Shown: positions 47,434 to 59,802, counted from the first letter of the stretch. The stretch: DNA of 64,000 nt from Eutreptiella sp. 'Long Island Sound 2002' (GCA_964036045.1 OZ038378.1:131626001-131690000); one strand, 5' to 3'. A program made the numbers and translations. Notes: generated by a model not told the origin, from the letters alone.

Positions 47434-48840
47434 GATGAAGCTACAACAATGAACTACGCAGCAGAATTGGCAATACGTACCACAAGGAGAAGATGCCTGC
47501 GAACCCACCGAGCATTCGAGCAAGGAACAAATACCAAAATGGGACCCTTGGCATTGCAACAATGCACAAACCAAACGGGAAAACGGGTACACCACCGGTG
47601 AAAAGTCATACAACGTTGCGTCTGAACTACAAGGAACAGCAGGCTTGCAAATGGATACGAAAAGTTCGAAATGTGTACACCTAGTGGAAGGTGGCACCAA
47701 CGGCCCACAATATGTCAACATGGCCCCGATGGGAAAGACAACCCTTGGACGCGTTACACATGCAAGAAAGAGACAAAAAACATCATTTACAAACTTGGAA
47801 ACTCATGGTGATGGATCTGGGTATCTGGCCTGCGACACTTGTTCCAGTGGTGTTCCCAAAGAAATTGTTCCGGCGGGAATTGTTCCAATTGGGAACATTC
47901 TAGTCGGCAACAACATTGGGGTTCAAACGCTTACCAAGGGGGCAACCAAAAAGCTGCCCGATTTTGCGGGAGATCCGCAATGGGATCCAGAGAAGGCCTT
48001 CAGTATGTTGCCAAATCTCGGCGTGCCAGGAACTCCCAGGGGTTAGACCCTACCAGCGTGGCGCGACTTCCAGGACACGGCCAATCAGCCCAAGAAAAAG
48101 TCGATGGGAACGGACGGGGTCCCGTCGCACACAGTACAATGGCTACCGGAGATCTTGCAATGGATCCTATATAGAAAAATTTATGAGTTATGGAACCTAG
48201 GACAGATGCCGACGTAATGGACCGACACCCGAATATCGATGTTGTACAAGAAGGGCGACCCGAGGGATGAAAGCAACTACCGTCCTATAGCGATATCCAC
48301 ATGCATGTACCAGATTCCCGCGAAAATGATCCTGAGGGGCATCAACAAACCTCTCACCGAAGTACTATTTGAGCACCAAGCTGGAGGACGACGGGGGCAT
48401 ACCACACTGCCCCGGGCTATAAAAGTGTGGTCGTCAGCGCTGAGCATGCTAGAGCACCGGACGTGGTGCTCCTTTGTCTACAGAAGCGCCATTTTGGGGC
48501 TTCCACTCACCATACCTGCTAGTACGTTATCCCCGTAAGCTAGGAGAACGCGTAGAACGAGGATAACACTCCTGAACGCTCCGGAACGGGGAGAACGCGG
48601 AGAACGCGGAGAACGCTTCCAGAACCACAAGCGGAAGCACTAAACCGGAACGCACAGAACGCCGAAAAAGCCTAAAACGCAGCACACCTATGTTGGGGGG
48701 GCCGCGTCCTCACAGTTGGGTATCCAGCCTACGCGGTTGGTCCCCCCCCAGGTTTCGCACTGGTCTGCATGGGTAGGGATGGCAGAGGCTTGGCGGCCAT
48801 GACCTTCTCGATCCCACCACGGCCGCCTCCGCCACCCCGT

Positions 48841-50400
48841 CTACTGCACGCTGAAAGAGAGGTTCTCCAACGTGTCGTCCTCTACGCTCCCTCTAGCGTC
48901 CTCCGCTTCCTCCTCTTCTTCCTCCTCATCGCTAACCGGCTCCTCCCCGTCCTCGCCGTCCGCTTCCGGGTCGTCCTCCCTGACGTCCCCCTCATGAGTC
49001 TCCTGGTTAAGGGGCGCTCCCCTTTCCTCGGCGTCCTCCGTGCCCGTTGTAGTGATCCCGTGCGCGGGTGCAAAGCATTGCACATGCAACGGGGTGTCCG
49101 CGCATCCGCTACACACGTATTGTGTGCGGCCCTTGCCGCAATGTGCACAAGTGCGCCGTTGGGCCCCGGCAACGGGGACGTGGATGTTGCGTCGCGGCTG
49201 CGCATTGGCACAGTACCGGCGGCAAAGAAGGGCCCACTGCCACTCCCACATGCTATTCCTGCCACGGCACCTTTCTAGGGCGCTGCAAGTTGCAAACGCG
49301 TTGGCCGCGGCGTATCGCAACAAGAAGCCTCGCACGGCTTGCGACCAGGTAATCTGCCTTCCTAAGAGGCACATGTGCAACGCCATCTGGTTGGCAGAAT
49401 GCACCCCCCGTGCCACTTGGCGGTACACAGCAACGAGGGGGTGGATTTCCCGGCCCGTGTGGTGCAGGGGGGGCCGCGCAACGTACCACACGTTGGACAA
49501 GATCGGCACCAATTGGGGAGGCCTACCTCCGGTTTTCGGCTGCTTGTACACCTGCAGGGCGTACTTGTGGCCGTCAACCGTGGCCACAGCCGTCTGCCCG
49601 GCCTGGATGGTGTCTCCGGCTTCCTGGACACCGGCCGTGTCCTTTCGCACCATGATGATGAAGGGGCGGCCCTCACGCGCAAGCCGTTGTGTGGTGGCAT
49701 GTGACCCGAAGAACAAGTTCCCTACAAGGACCGTGTAAGCCGGCAGCTGTTTGGACTACATGGCCATCAGCTGTCGAGCGTTGAGGTTGCCCGCACCACA
49801 ACCGTGTCGGCGAAGGACACCGAGGCGGCCAGTGTACAGGTACACGTCCACAATGTACGCCGTACCGGCATCGGCCAAGCAATAAAGTTTGATGCCGGTG
49901 TTGTGTGGTTTCCGCACAATGTACATCTTGAGGGGGCCTGCCCTAAGGCCCGTATGCGGCACTAGGGTTTCATCCCCCGTGGCCGCGCCACCCATGGTCC
50001 ATGCTGCAGCGCAATGGGCACTAACCGCCTCAATAAGGTCCACCACATCCGGGCGACAACGTTTGTGTAGATCGTAGTATTGCCCCCGGGATAGCAACCG
50101 TGCTAGATAGGCATTGTACACCAATCCATCACGGTCCCAGACACCATCCACCTGCATGGGCCGCACCACGCCCAGCAATAGCACGAAGGTGTTGTACCGT
50201 GGTACTAAGGGGATGAGGTCCTCCCTTTCCCGAGCTCGGAGGACGGCCTCTTGGGCATCCACAATGGGCTTCATCATGTAGTCCCATATACCATCCGTGT
50301 CTAGCTCACCGAGTTTGGCCTCCCCGGGTCGTAAACCGTACTCAATTGAAGTGGCACAGTGCTCCTTGCGGAGGCGACTAGCCGAGAGATTAAGAGGCAT
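48841..50400 (-). pseudogene. piggyBac (DDD) transposase with a C-terminal Cys-rich domain, inactivated
   Basis: GDETLVP..GPLKMYIVRKPHNTGIKLYCLAD..YIVDVYLYTG. There is an in-frame stop at 49756-49758, and the 2nd and 3rd catalytic motifs are degenerate (VGNLFFGS; RGVHSANQ). The C-terminal region reads CAHC...CSGC..LHVQCF..H, followed by an acidic tail. Confidence 0.9.
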
Positions 50401-50658
50401 TTCAAAGTGCTCTAAAATGATGTTGGTAACAATGATGAGACACAGAGTACACGCGAAATGCGCGGAACACAGGCCGCACATCCTCTAGAGGCACGTTCGG
50501 AGGCACGCTAACCGGAACGCGCGGAACGCGGAAAACGCGTACAACACACGCAACAGCTTCCAAATGCATGGAGGAGGCGCACAAAACACAGCACAGAGAA
50601 CGCAGGCAACACAGAAAACGGTGGGTCATATTCTTTTTCCAATCAAATCGTGTATCCG

Positions 50659-53600
50659 TTAATGTTTTCTCTCCCCCTTCCCGCTATGCGGGTTGGCTGG
50701 GACCTCTGGTGGTGTAACAATCAACTCACAGCGGTGTGGGGTCGTTTGTGGACGGTCCAAGGGACAGGCCACGAAGCTCCACCCCCGCGTTGCCACCAGT
50801 GGGGTGGCTGCAGGGTAAGGGGTGCTGCCATTCGGCATTTGGCATCCGGCCAAGAGGCCGTGGACTGTGTTGAACCCGGCGTTGGCCAGGTCACCGGGCT
50901 CTCGAAGTCGGATCCGACGGCCGGCATCTTCTTCTGAGCCGTTACTGCACAATGTGAATGGCAAAAAGAACGCGCATAACGTCGATAACGCGGTTAACGA
51001 TTCCAAAAGCATGGCGGAAGCAAACCGACAATGACACGGATCGCGCGCATAACGCGGCGAACGCCCCTAGAAGCATCCTGGGAGGCACAAGAACGCAACA
51101 CGCGGAAAATGAACGGCTTTAGAACACCAACTCACACCTACCTCCAGCATAACATTCTCGTCGGCGGATTCCTCCTCAGCCTCTTCGACCTTCACGTGGA
51201 TCGGCGACCTCCTCTGCTCCACCGGCGTGATGCTGCGGCCCCTGTCGGCGCGGGGCCCTGTAGAGGGGACGCCAAAAGCGTGCAGGACAGTGCAACTGCT
51301 GCCAGAGGCGTGACTGGAAGCACAAGAACGGGACGCGGATGACGTTGAAAACGCAGCCGACGCCTCTGGGAACATGACCGCTATCACAGTGGGGGGGCAT
51401 GCAGAACATGGAACACACAGTGGCCCTACCTTCGGCTTGCATCCGTTCGGCTTGCCTCGGTTCGGCTTGCATCGGGTCGGCTTGCATTGCTTGCTGCTGC
51501 GCCTGTGGCCGCTCGTACTACTCCCACCATTCCGGCGCTTCCGCTTCTCCCGGCTCCACGTACTCTTCCTTGCCCCGCCACTCCCACTCCTGGTCCCACT
51601 CCCGCTCCATCTTGACCTACGGCTCCGGCTCCAGCTCCAACATCCGCTCTTGGGGTTGGGGTTGGAGTTGATGGTGGTGTTCGTAGGGGTGGTGCTGGTG
51701 GTGGAGGTGATGGTGGTGGTGGTGGTGCTGGACCGGGCGCGGGAGATGAGGGTACCCAAACGGGCGTGGCGGACGCAACTGGGTTGTGCTCCGAGCTTCC
51801 CCGTAATCCGCTGCCATCTGCAAAGAAAACACACGTAACAATAATTATTACCCCTGGAGGCACGTCCAGAAGTACAACTGCGGGAACGTGGATCACGCGG
51901 CGAACGCGCAGAACAACCGGAAGCAGCTCCAGAGGCGCGTTGGGAGGCAAAAAACCGGAACGTACATAACGTACATAACGCAGCATACCCGCAGCGACCC
52001 CAACTCCCTCTTTTGGATCATTGTCCACGCGCCCATCACAGCTCCTCCTCGCGGTCTTCGGTGAGGGTATACGCCATCATCCTCGCCATTGTGACCGCTC
52101 TCTTGTATCTCTCTTCTAGGTCGTCGGTACTCATGTCCACGAGATCTTCGGCGGCCAGTCTCGCAAGGGACGGCGCCGGACGCCTCCGCTCCCCCAAGGG
52201 GTGCTGCCACTTCAGCGCTTCCAAGGGGACCCCTTGCAGCTCCGGGCCCCCTGGCTCTGTCTTCGCGAGCACACTGGGCGTCCTCTCCCGGGCCTCCACG
52301 CAGCCAGTACAAACGGAGATCCCTTTCCGGATCCCATCTGTGGCCTGCCGGTGCCCCGACGTCCGGTAGGCGCCGTCCAACTGTTCACGGGCGGCGGAGG
52401 CGGATTGCGCGTTCTTAACGCCGCAGGGCAGCAGTCCCTGCATCGCGGTCGTGCGCACCTGGGTGTGCAGCAGGGTGGCAGCGGCAGCATCCTTCCGGCC
52501 ACTGGCGTCCGCGCTCAAGCACACTTGGTAGTGCTTCTCCAGCCGTCCCAGCGTCACCCCATACTCCGCCAATTTGGACTCCAGAACCTGAAGGACGCGA
52601 AAAACACACAGATGTCCTCCAGAAGCATGTCCGGAAGCAGGGAACCGGCACGCGGATCACGGGCATAACGCGGCGGACGCCTCTGGAAGCATTGTCGGAG
52701 GCACGCAAAACACAACGCATGGGACGTGAATAACACCTGCATGTTGTTCATGAATTGCGTGCTCTCTTTGTAGTGCTCGAAGCGACTTCTCTTCGCCGGC
52801 ATGGACTTCTGGGGACCCACCGCTCCTTGGATCTTGAAGCCCACGTTGCCCACACCACCCGCCTTCTCTTTCTCCTTCTCTTTGCCCTTCTCTTTGCCCT
52901 TCGGCCTCCCCTCCTTGGCTTTCCCTTCCTTCCCCTTCCCACCCTCCACCACCACAACGTCGTGTGCCGCCGCCGCAAGGCCCTGCTTCTGCTGCCCAAC
53001 CGCCTCTCCTTCTGCCTCTGGCTCCTTCTCCTTGTCCTTCTCCTTCTCCTTGTCCTTCTCCTTCTGCTTGTGCTTCTCCTTCTCTTTCTCCAAAACGGTA
53101 CTCCTTGCGGCCTTTTTCTCCGGAGTGGGTGCGGGCACCCTGCCACCGGCGCTGGCGCTGGCGCTGGCACTGCTGGTGCTGCCGCTGCTGCTGTTGCTGG
53201 AGGACTCGTCCTCCTCCTCCTCGTCCTCTTCTTCTTGCGGCGTGTCCTCCGCCCAGGCCCCAAACCGGTCCTTCTGCAACTGAAAAGAACGTAGAGAACA
53301 CGTATAACGCAAGACGTGCATCCAGAAGCAGGGGTGGAGGCAGAAAACCGGAACGCGCAGAACGTAGATAACGCGCGAAACGATCCCAGAAGCGCGTTCG
53401 GAGGCAATGATGCAGCACGTCACGAACAAGGAAAACACAGCATAGGCCCCCCTGACACTAGAGGCACACTTGCAACGCATTGACAGACCCTCTTGTACTT
53501 GATCCATTGATCTACCTTACTGCGGCAGTCGCAGACCTGGGGCAGGGCCCCCTTTTTCGCGGCCTTCGGCACCTTGACGTGGTACAGCTGCACCGTGGTC

Positions 53601-53875
53601 AAGTAGAAGCTCTTGCCCGCGTCCCAACCATCCGGCACCTTCTTCTGCTTCTTGGCCCTCTGCTCGACCCACCCGCACCAGTACCCCGTTGTGCAGGAAA
53701 GAATGCAATTAAGAGAAGAGAGATGGGCAACGGAATCAAGAGGCAATGTCGAGCAAGCATGTGACGGACAAAACGAACGACGACAACGAAGGTTCCATGT
53801 TGCAGGCACATACCTGTTTGCGCTTTCAGCTGGAAAACAACAAAGCTCATCTGGCCGGCGTCCTTCGGCTTCCAC
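50659..53875 (-). pseudogene. Accessory multi-exon gene inside the piggyBac-like element (unknown; acidic, Lys/Glu-rich and Pro-rich segments)
   Basis: GT-AG introns at 52588-52736 (MNNMQ|VLESKLAEYG, phase 0), 51818-51988, ~50945-51141 and ~53280-53480 (donor degenerate). Internal stops are present near 52036. Confidence 0.6.
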
Positions 53876-56800
53876 TTCTCCAACGACCCATCAGCCTTCA
53901 GCCACTGCTTGCAGCTATTGGGGTACAGTGGGGTGGTCATTTTGTGAGAAGAGGGCCTCAGGGGCAACGGGGAAGACGAAAAGAACGCGGCAAACGCAGC
54001 AAACCCACCTCCGGAAGGACGTGCGGAAGCACCAGAGCGGAACGCGGAAAACGCGGCCGACAGGCGGCACGTGTACAACGCTGAGAAGGATGGAAGCAGA
54101 GGCAGAGGCAACATGCAAAGGGTCTCTCTCCTTGAAAATGGATGAACCGCATGAAAACTCATGCGCGAGTGCGTGGGGCCACCTCAAAAACCCCCGGAAG
54201 CGTTGTAAAAGCAAGGGTGTTTCTGCCGTCCCTTAGAAGCGCCCAATTCGTCATCTACGTCGTAGACAAAGGAATATTGCCAAAGCGTATCTGAGCACTC
54301 CCCACCCACTGCTGTGGGCTACAATGCAGCAGGTGGGGGTACCAGATCGCTACATCTCCATGATGCAGTACACATACCAAGAGACACGGTGCTACTATCG
54401 GGTGGATGGCGAAACGCATACATACCACCAGAGGAGAGGAGTGAAAGAGGGATGTCCCCTCTCCCCCCTACTCTTTTGCGTGGTGTACGAGATGTTTCAC
54501 GGAACGCTAGCAGCAGAATTCCCCTCCTTCCACTTCTACACGTACATGGATGATGTGGCTTTTGTCTCGCCGGACCGATCGACTACGTCGGCCGTGCTCA
54601 GGAGGGTCCCGGACCTGGGCAACACACTGGGCTTCCATGTGAACAAACGAAAAACAGAGGTGTATTGTTGGTGGGCGACCTACAAGGTGGACCAGCTACT
54701 GTGGGACGGACAACTGAATACCGTTAGACCTCCCATCCTCAGCTACCTAGGACACACCATTGCACACCCACAGTGGGCACACAAGGCGCGGTTGGACTAC
54801 CTGGGCTTGATTCCGTCGGACCTGGCACAGCATGCGCCTGTTCCCATGGATGGTTGGGAACGAAAACACGTGGTCAACTCCATCTTGATGCCTAGGTCAT
54901 TCCCTCTGACAGGTGGTACAAGGAGGTAAACGACCTATGTTCGGTGTTTGTACGTCAACCTAAAGGTATGGTCCCGGGACGGAACACCAAACAACTCAGT
55001 GCCCCTGCATCTTGCGGATGCATGGGGCTGCATCAGCTCTACTGGGCCTACCGACGGCGATTCATCACCACCATGCAGCAAACCGTCCGTCACCAGCACC
55101 AAGCATTACGGGTCTCCCTCAACACACCACTTGAACGTAGCCAGACGCCTTTTCTTGCGTACGTGACTTTGTTGAACTCAATAGGAGCAATCTCGGGCAT
55201 ACCGCTAAAGCATCCCCGTCGCCGTCCCGCGGGACGGAGTCTCATCGACAGCGAGGACACAGAGGACGGTCGCATGATCCACAATCAAATGGCCCCAGTC
55301 GGCGAAGAGGACATAGCACACTGGTATGGGCTTGACAAACAGCGGTGGCATGTCCTGGAAGGAGGACAGGTCTCGACAGGCTACTGACTCACTGTGGCAA
55401 GGGGTTGTGACGTCTACACCAACGGCTGTGATCCGCAGGGGACAACATGGTGCACGGATGGAAGTAGAAAAGGGAATCTGGCAGGTATGTGGGGCGCCAC
55501 AGGCTACTGCCGTGCAAGTTTCGGACTTCACTGCGGGCCACTGCACGTGATTGGACGAGTGCGGGGTCCTCAAACCCCGTACCGGGCGGAACTCATGGGC
55601 ATGTATGTAGCTTCCTGCCTGGCACGCGCTGGTGACGAGGTGGTGTTAGACAATTAGGCGGCACCAGATTGTGCTACAGCCGCATCTTACCATGAAGTGT
55701 GTGACGTGGACGTCTGCCAGCCATTAGCACAGGAGCTCCACAGCAAGTCACTGATGCCCAGGTGGGTGCTAGGCCACCGGGAAGAACGTCAGGCGCGGAC
55801 GCCTCAGGAAGCCCAAGACATAGGGGGAACAACCTTTCCGACTCGTTGGCTTCCATGGGAAGCGAGCTCCCATTGACACCATACACACCAGATGCGCCGC
55901 ATAGCATAGGTGTGGGAGGCACGGAGGCACCCACGCCGGCAAAAAAGTGGATCGCGGCAATGCGCCCACATGCCACTCCGGAGGGGGTTCACTGGGCAAC
56001 TTGGCTGCGCCATTAAAGGCACAGCGCTGCAGGCTGTGGCTACAGTGGGTGTGGGGAAACGTATGGTGGAAAGGGTGTATACCTCCATGTAAGAAGTCGA
56101 CGCAACCACGTGCTTTGCGTGGATCCACACACCAAGGAACGGCGCAAACACGGCTTGTGCAGTGTGGGGCATGGAAGGCGCTGTTGATGGACGAGTGGGC
56201 GAAAACGTGGGTACCCCGGGAGCCAATGGCCCGGCATTGGCTCTCTACAGCCACTTCTGACGACCTTGCCCGTGTAGCGAACTTCCACATTCCCCTGTCT
56301 CTTGTGGAGTAAATCCCGCCCGACCATATGCCAGATTTCCGGTACAGGGTGGCGGTGCACCAATACCAGTGCATAAAGCTGGCGGGTGAGCTACGTCACA
56401 ATCTTCCCATGCTGCAGGACTCGGTCGAGGAGCGGCGCTCCTCATCGGGCGGAACGGCCATCACGTACACGACCTTTCGCCGCAGGGCCCAATGCTTGCC
56501 CCCTACCGAGGAACGCCTTGTCCGACAATGCCACTACAACCCCCGAAAACGTGCGGTGACTGGAAGCCAACCAAGGTTTGCGAAACCTAAAAGAGATCAC
56601 AGGCTGGAAACCAGGCGCACGGTGGCGAAACTCATGCGTCAACCATATACGCTCCCAAGGGCGTGCATGGTAATCAGGGCTTAACCGGTTTTGACCGGGG
56701 ACGGACTCACTTGGGCGGAAACCTTCCTCGACACAGGCATGCACTTAACGCCGGCTGTGACCCCCACAAAACAATGGTGACCGGTGACAGGGGCAACCTA

Positions 56801-59800
56801 CATGGCGACCAATAGTCTGATGCAGAAGGGTCAATCACTGATTAGAGGAACCGTGAGGGGAATCCTGGCGCGACGATAGGTTACTGTCAGGGTGGCAGTG
56901 ACATGGGCCTCACACGTGGACGCCTGCGCTAGGGTGCTCGCCGTGTTCGCTCAGCGCAGGCAGTTTTGGATCCACCATAGTGTTCACGTGACTCTCTATG
57001 TGGCACACCACGCGTCAACGTGTCCTGTTGGGCACACTTTCCAGCCTGCGTTGCCTCACCACAAGGGTCCTACGGCATATAGAAATGCTGAAACTGGCGC
57101 TGCGCTCTGCGCTCGCCCACTCGGCCACAGTTGCCCGGGCCAACATTAGCCACCAGCAGCTGGCCTACCAGAAGTTCCGCACATGGGCTGCTATGGTGCC
57201 CCATAAGCTGGGCGACAGAGACATCTGGTTGATCGCAGCCATGTGCGATACCTTGCAACTTGCCCGCGTAAGCCAGCATAGATCCATGAAACAATGGCGG
57301 CAGGAGTCACTGGAAGATGTGCGGGCTTGCATGAGCCGGTGGCTGATGGAGTACCAAGCTTGGGTGGAGGAAATCGCAGAGCGGTGGAGCCTTGTCAGGG
57401 AACATAAAAAGAGGACTGCGAGTGCAGTCGCCTTATCACCGGGTCGGCGTTTCAAGCGATACAGGACACACAACCCCGACACCCCGGATTACATCCAGCT
57501 TACTGGGGACCCTGAGCTGACAGACCCATGGGAGATTCAGCTGACTGGATCTCCCAGGACCCACCGCACGTGACCCTTGGCTCGCCACCACCACACTAGA
57601 AAAAACATCACTTGAAACTTCTGATTGGGCAGCCAATGCCCGTGGCAGAGCAAATCTGCACACCACTGTCAGCCAGCCGACTTGTGGGATAACTTGTCCC
57701 CTCGGGCGTCCTCGATGGACGTGCATAACCCGCACGAAGCCTGTGGCTATAGTTGCAACGGCTGTACTAATGCTTGGCAACTTGCCTATGAGTGCTCCTT
57801 CTTTGTTCATCGTGAGACTTTGAACTTCGAACTTATGTGGCGCCGGAAGTATAAAAGCAAAATTCCCCATAATTGCCCCATAGCTCCCCATAATTCCCCC
57901 ATCATTCCCCATAACTCCCCCATAATTCCCCACAATTCCCCCGAATTCCCCATAATCCTCATAATTCTAGTTATCTGGCGAGAAGCCGTCGTTTGGCGCT
58001 AGCGGGCGCACACCCCTGAATGGGGATGGGCTAGGGGCAAGTGAGGGTGCACCGGTGGCTAACCGGGATGAGGGTATGGGGCTGGGGGTTGCCGGGGCGG
58101 AGGTTGAAGCGGTGGTTGTTGACCGGGTGGTGGTCGGCGAGGGAGAAGAGGAGGTAAGTTCCGGGGTGCCCTGCCGCCCGCCAACCACATAGGAGCCGTA
58201 GCCAAGCGAACTACAAAGAGACTAACCCCATGTGCCCTTGCCGTCACCCTAGCTGACAATGTATGTTTGACTTACCGTTTATGTACACTTTGCTTTTTGT
58301 GTTGCTTGCGTGTTCTAGTGGTGTTCGGGTAACTTGTTCCGTCGGTGTTCCGGTGGTGTTCGGTAAAAACTGTTTTTGGACGCAACTGTTCTTCACACGA
58401 CTACACGGAAAACGACAAATTTGAAATTTCCAGCGGGGTGCCCCTACGCTAGCAAACAACATATTTTCCTAGCATGCATGGGTGTGGTTGGTTGGGGCGG
58501 AAACAAACTTCAGACTTTTTTTGTTGCCGCCACTTTTGTTTGAACCATTTGGCCGGAACAATCGTTGCGTTCAAATGCGGACCCAGGGGCAGGGTAGAGA
58601 AAGTGCGTCGGGTGATATGCTCTTCCATGTGAGTTCTCAGTCCGTGTCGGGTGGGCCGACCGTGTAGTCCACACGTCGGTGCTACTTCGTGACCATGGGT
58701 CTGTGTCACTGAATGAGGAAGAGTCGAGTATAGATAGATGTGAGTTCAACTAGGAAAAGAAGGTACACACAGTAAGATAGATTGCCCGAGTTCCTAATAC
58801 TAACGACCACATAGGCAACATACTGCCTTAGTGCCCCCCACCCTCCCGTCCTCTCCCACCTAAGCCCGCAGGTTTGGCCAAAGGAGTGCCAACCATAGAG
58901 CAAGGGCCCGTAGATTGAGTTGAAGGTGCCCACTATGGTAGTATTTAAGCCACACGTTGTGGACAACGAAACACGGCTAACCTACGAACACTAAGGCAAT
59001 GATTGTCCATTTAATTGAGTTGTACCGCCCAAAATTGCTGCTCATGCATACTAGGACGTGCATTTGTGGAGCGCTCTTTGACATGTGTGTGGCCAAGTGC
59101 TGTGATGTCCACGCATTAATGACCACTAGTGTCACAAAACCTACACATCTCACCAACCTCTTTTTCATTTGTTCACACAACAGAGCAGAACATGGGGTAG
59201 TTGACGTGTTCCCCACTCCTCTATGCTGCTCTAGCAAACTAGTGTCCTGTAAAGTACAAGCCACCAAAGTAGCACCCTTCTACACCTGCAGGCAGTGCAA
59301 TGTAGGAGGCTCATCTGCCTTTGGGCAACAATCCACAGCCCTAGGTAATTTTCTGTAGCTGGTTCCATGGGGAACATCACATTGTGCCAAAGGGATTTAA
59401 GACAACCTTCATTTGGTGCCTAATCTCCCTCAAAGGAAATAGAGGGGGGACCGGCTTTTTGCCCGCTTGGGGTGTTTGGTACATGGACCCTCTCACCAAT
59501 CCTATTCTTACACCGGAATTGTGGTGGAATGGATGCCGATACCAAGTATTATACCCATGTATTTAATTCATTGATGCAAGGCTATACATGGGTTTGCACG
59601 TGCTGATGTACTATCAAGCTTGGCTAAGCGTCACCCAAGGTTAATGGGGGGTTGCCCTCAACAAGTAGCCCCTCCGCCAACCCATGGCCCTCAAAACCTA
59701 GGTTCCAGGTCTCCATCGTTCGGTAAGGGGCCAATCATGGGGGTGATCCCGGTCATGACCTGACCCCAAAGGGGGGGCTACCCCCCCCACCCCTCTACAG

Positions 59801-59802
59801 AC

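Larger units (their letters stand above)
41519..47928 (-). mobile_element. RAG1/Transib-like TIR transposon copy B (6.4 kb, two genes), inserted in LINE 3
   Basis: TIRs are GCGTTTGAAACCCAATGTCGTT (41517-41538) and the reverse complement of 47909-47930 (GCGTTTGAACCCCAATGTTGTT), 20/22 identical. Removing the element restores the LINE 3 frame (..CTT CGT GCG CTT ACC AAG.. = LRALTK). Confidence 0.9.
48471..54272 (-). mobile_element. piggyBac-like DNA transposon (5.8 kb) carrying a transposase and a second multi-exon gene
   Basis: TIR CCTTTGTCTAC (48471-48481) / GTAGACAAAGG (54262-54272). The flanks are contiguous parts of the LINE 3 RT (QAGGRRG... on the left, NIAKAY on the right). Confidence 0.85.
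38382..57860 (+). mobile_element. Non-LTR retrotransposon (LINE 3): ORF1 + APE-RT-RNase H, split by two DNA-transposon insertions
   Basis: Candidate TSD AATTCCCCATAATTGC at 38366-38381 and 57861-57876. ORF1-like frames lie at 38382-39697. APE: LTLNVGG, IIALQEV, VGGDFND, RGGKRLDALL. RT: LYKKGDP..NYRPIAI, QAGGRRG (48239-48470), NIAKAY, GVKEGCPLSP, YTYMDDVAF (54273-54929). RNase H: WCTDGS, QTPYRAEL, GNNLSDSLA (55400-55860). Confidence 0.9.
36152..57994. mobile_element. Foldback-like non-autonomous element (~2.3 kb without the nested LINE) with inverted arrays of the 10-mer GGGGAATTAT
   Basis: (GGGGAATTAT)n at ~36245-36440 faces (ATAATTCCCC)n at ~38115-38381 and ~57861-57965. It interrupts the copy A accessory gene and is flanked by the 12-bp direct repeat GGCGCTAGCGGG (36140-36151 and 57995-58006). 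Confidence 0.6.
30413..58578 (+). mobile_element. RAG1/Transib-like TIR transposon copy A: non-autonomous deletion derivative interrupted by ~21.8 kb of nested insertions
   Basis: The left end GCGTTTGAACATAAAGGTTATT (30413) and right end AACAATCGTTGCGTTCAAATGC (58578) match the termini of copy B. 30413-30930 is homologous to the reverse complement of 47430-47930, and 58000-58578 to the reverse complement of 41517-42200. Confidence 0.85.

Noticed and set aside
58580-59800. Short ORFs after the copy A right end
   Set aside because: No motifs and no homology elsewhere in the window.
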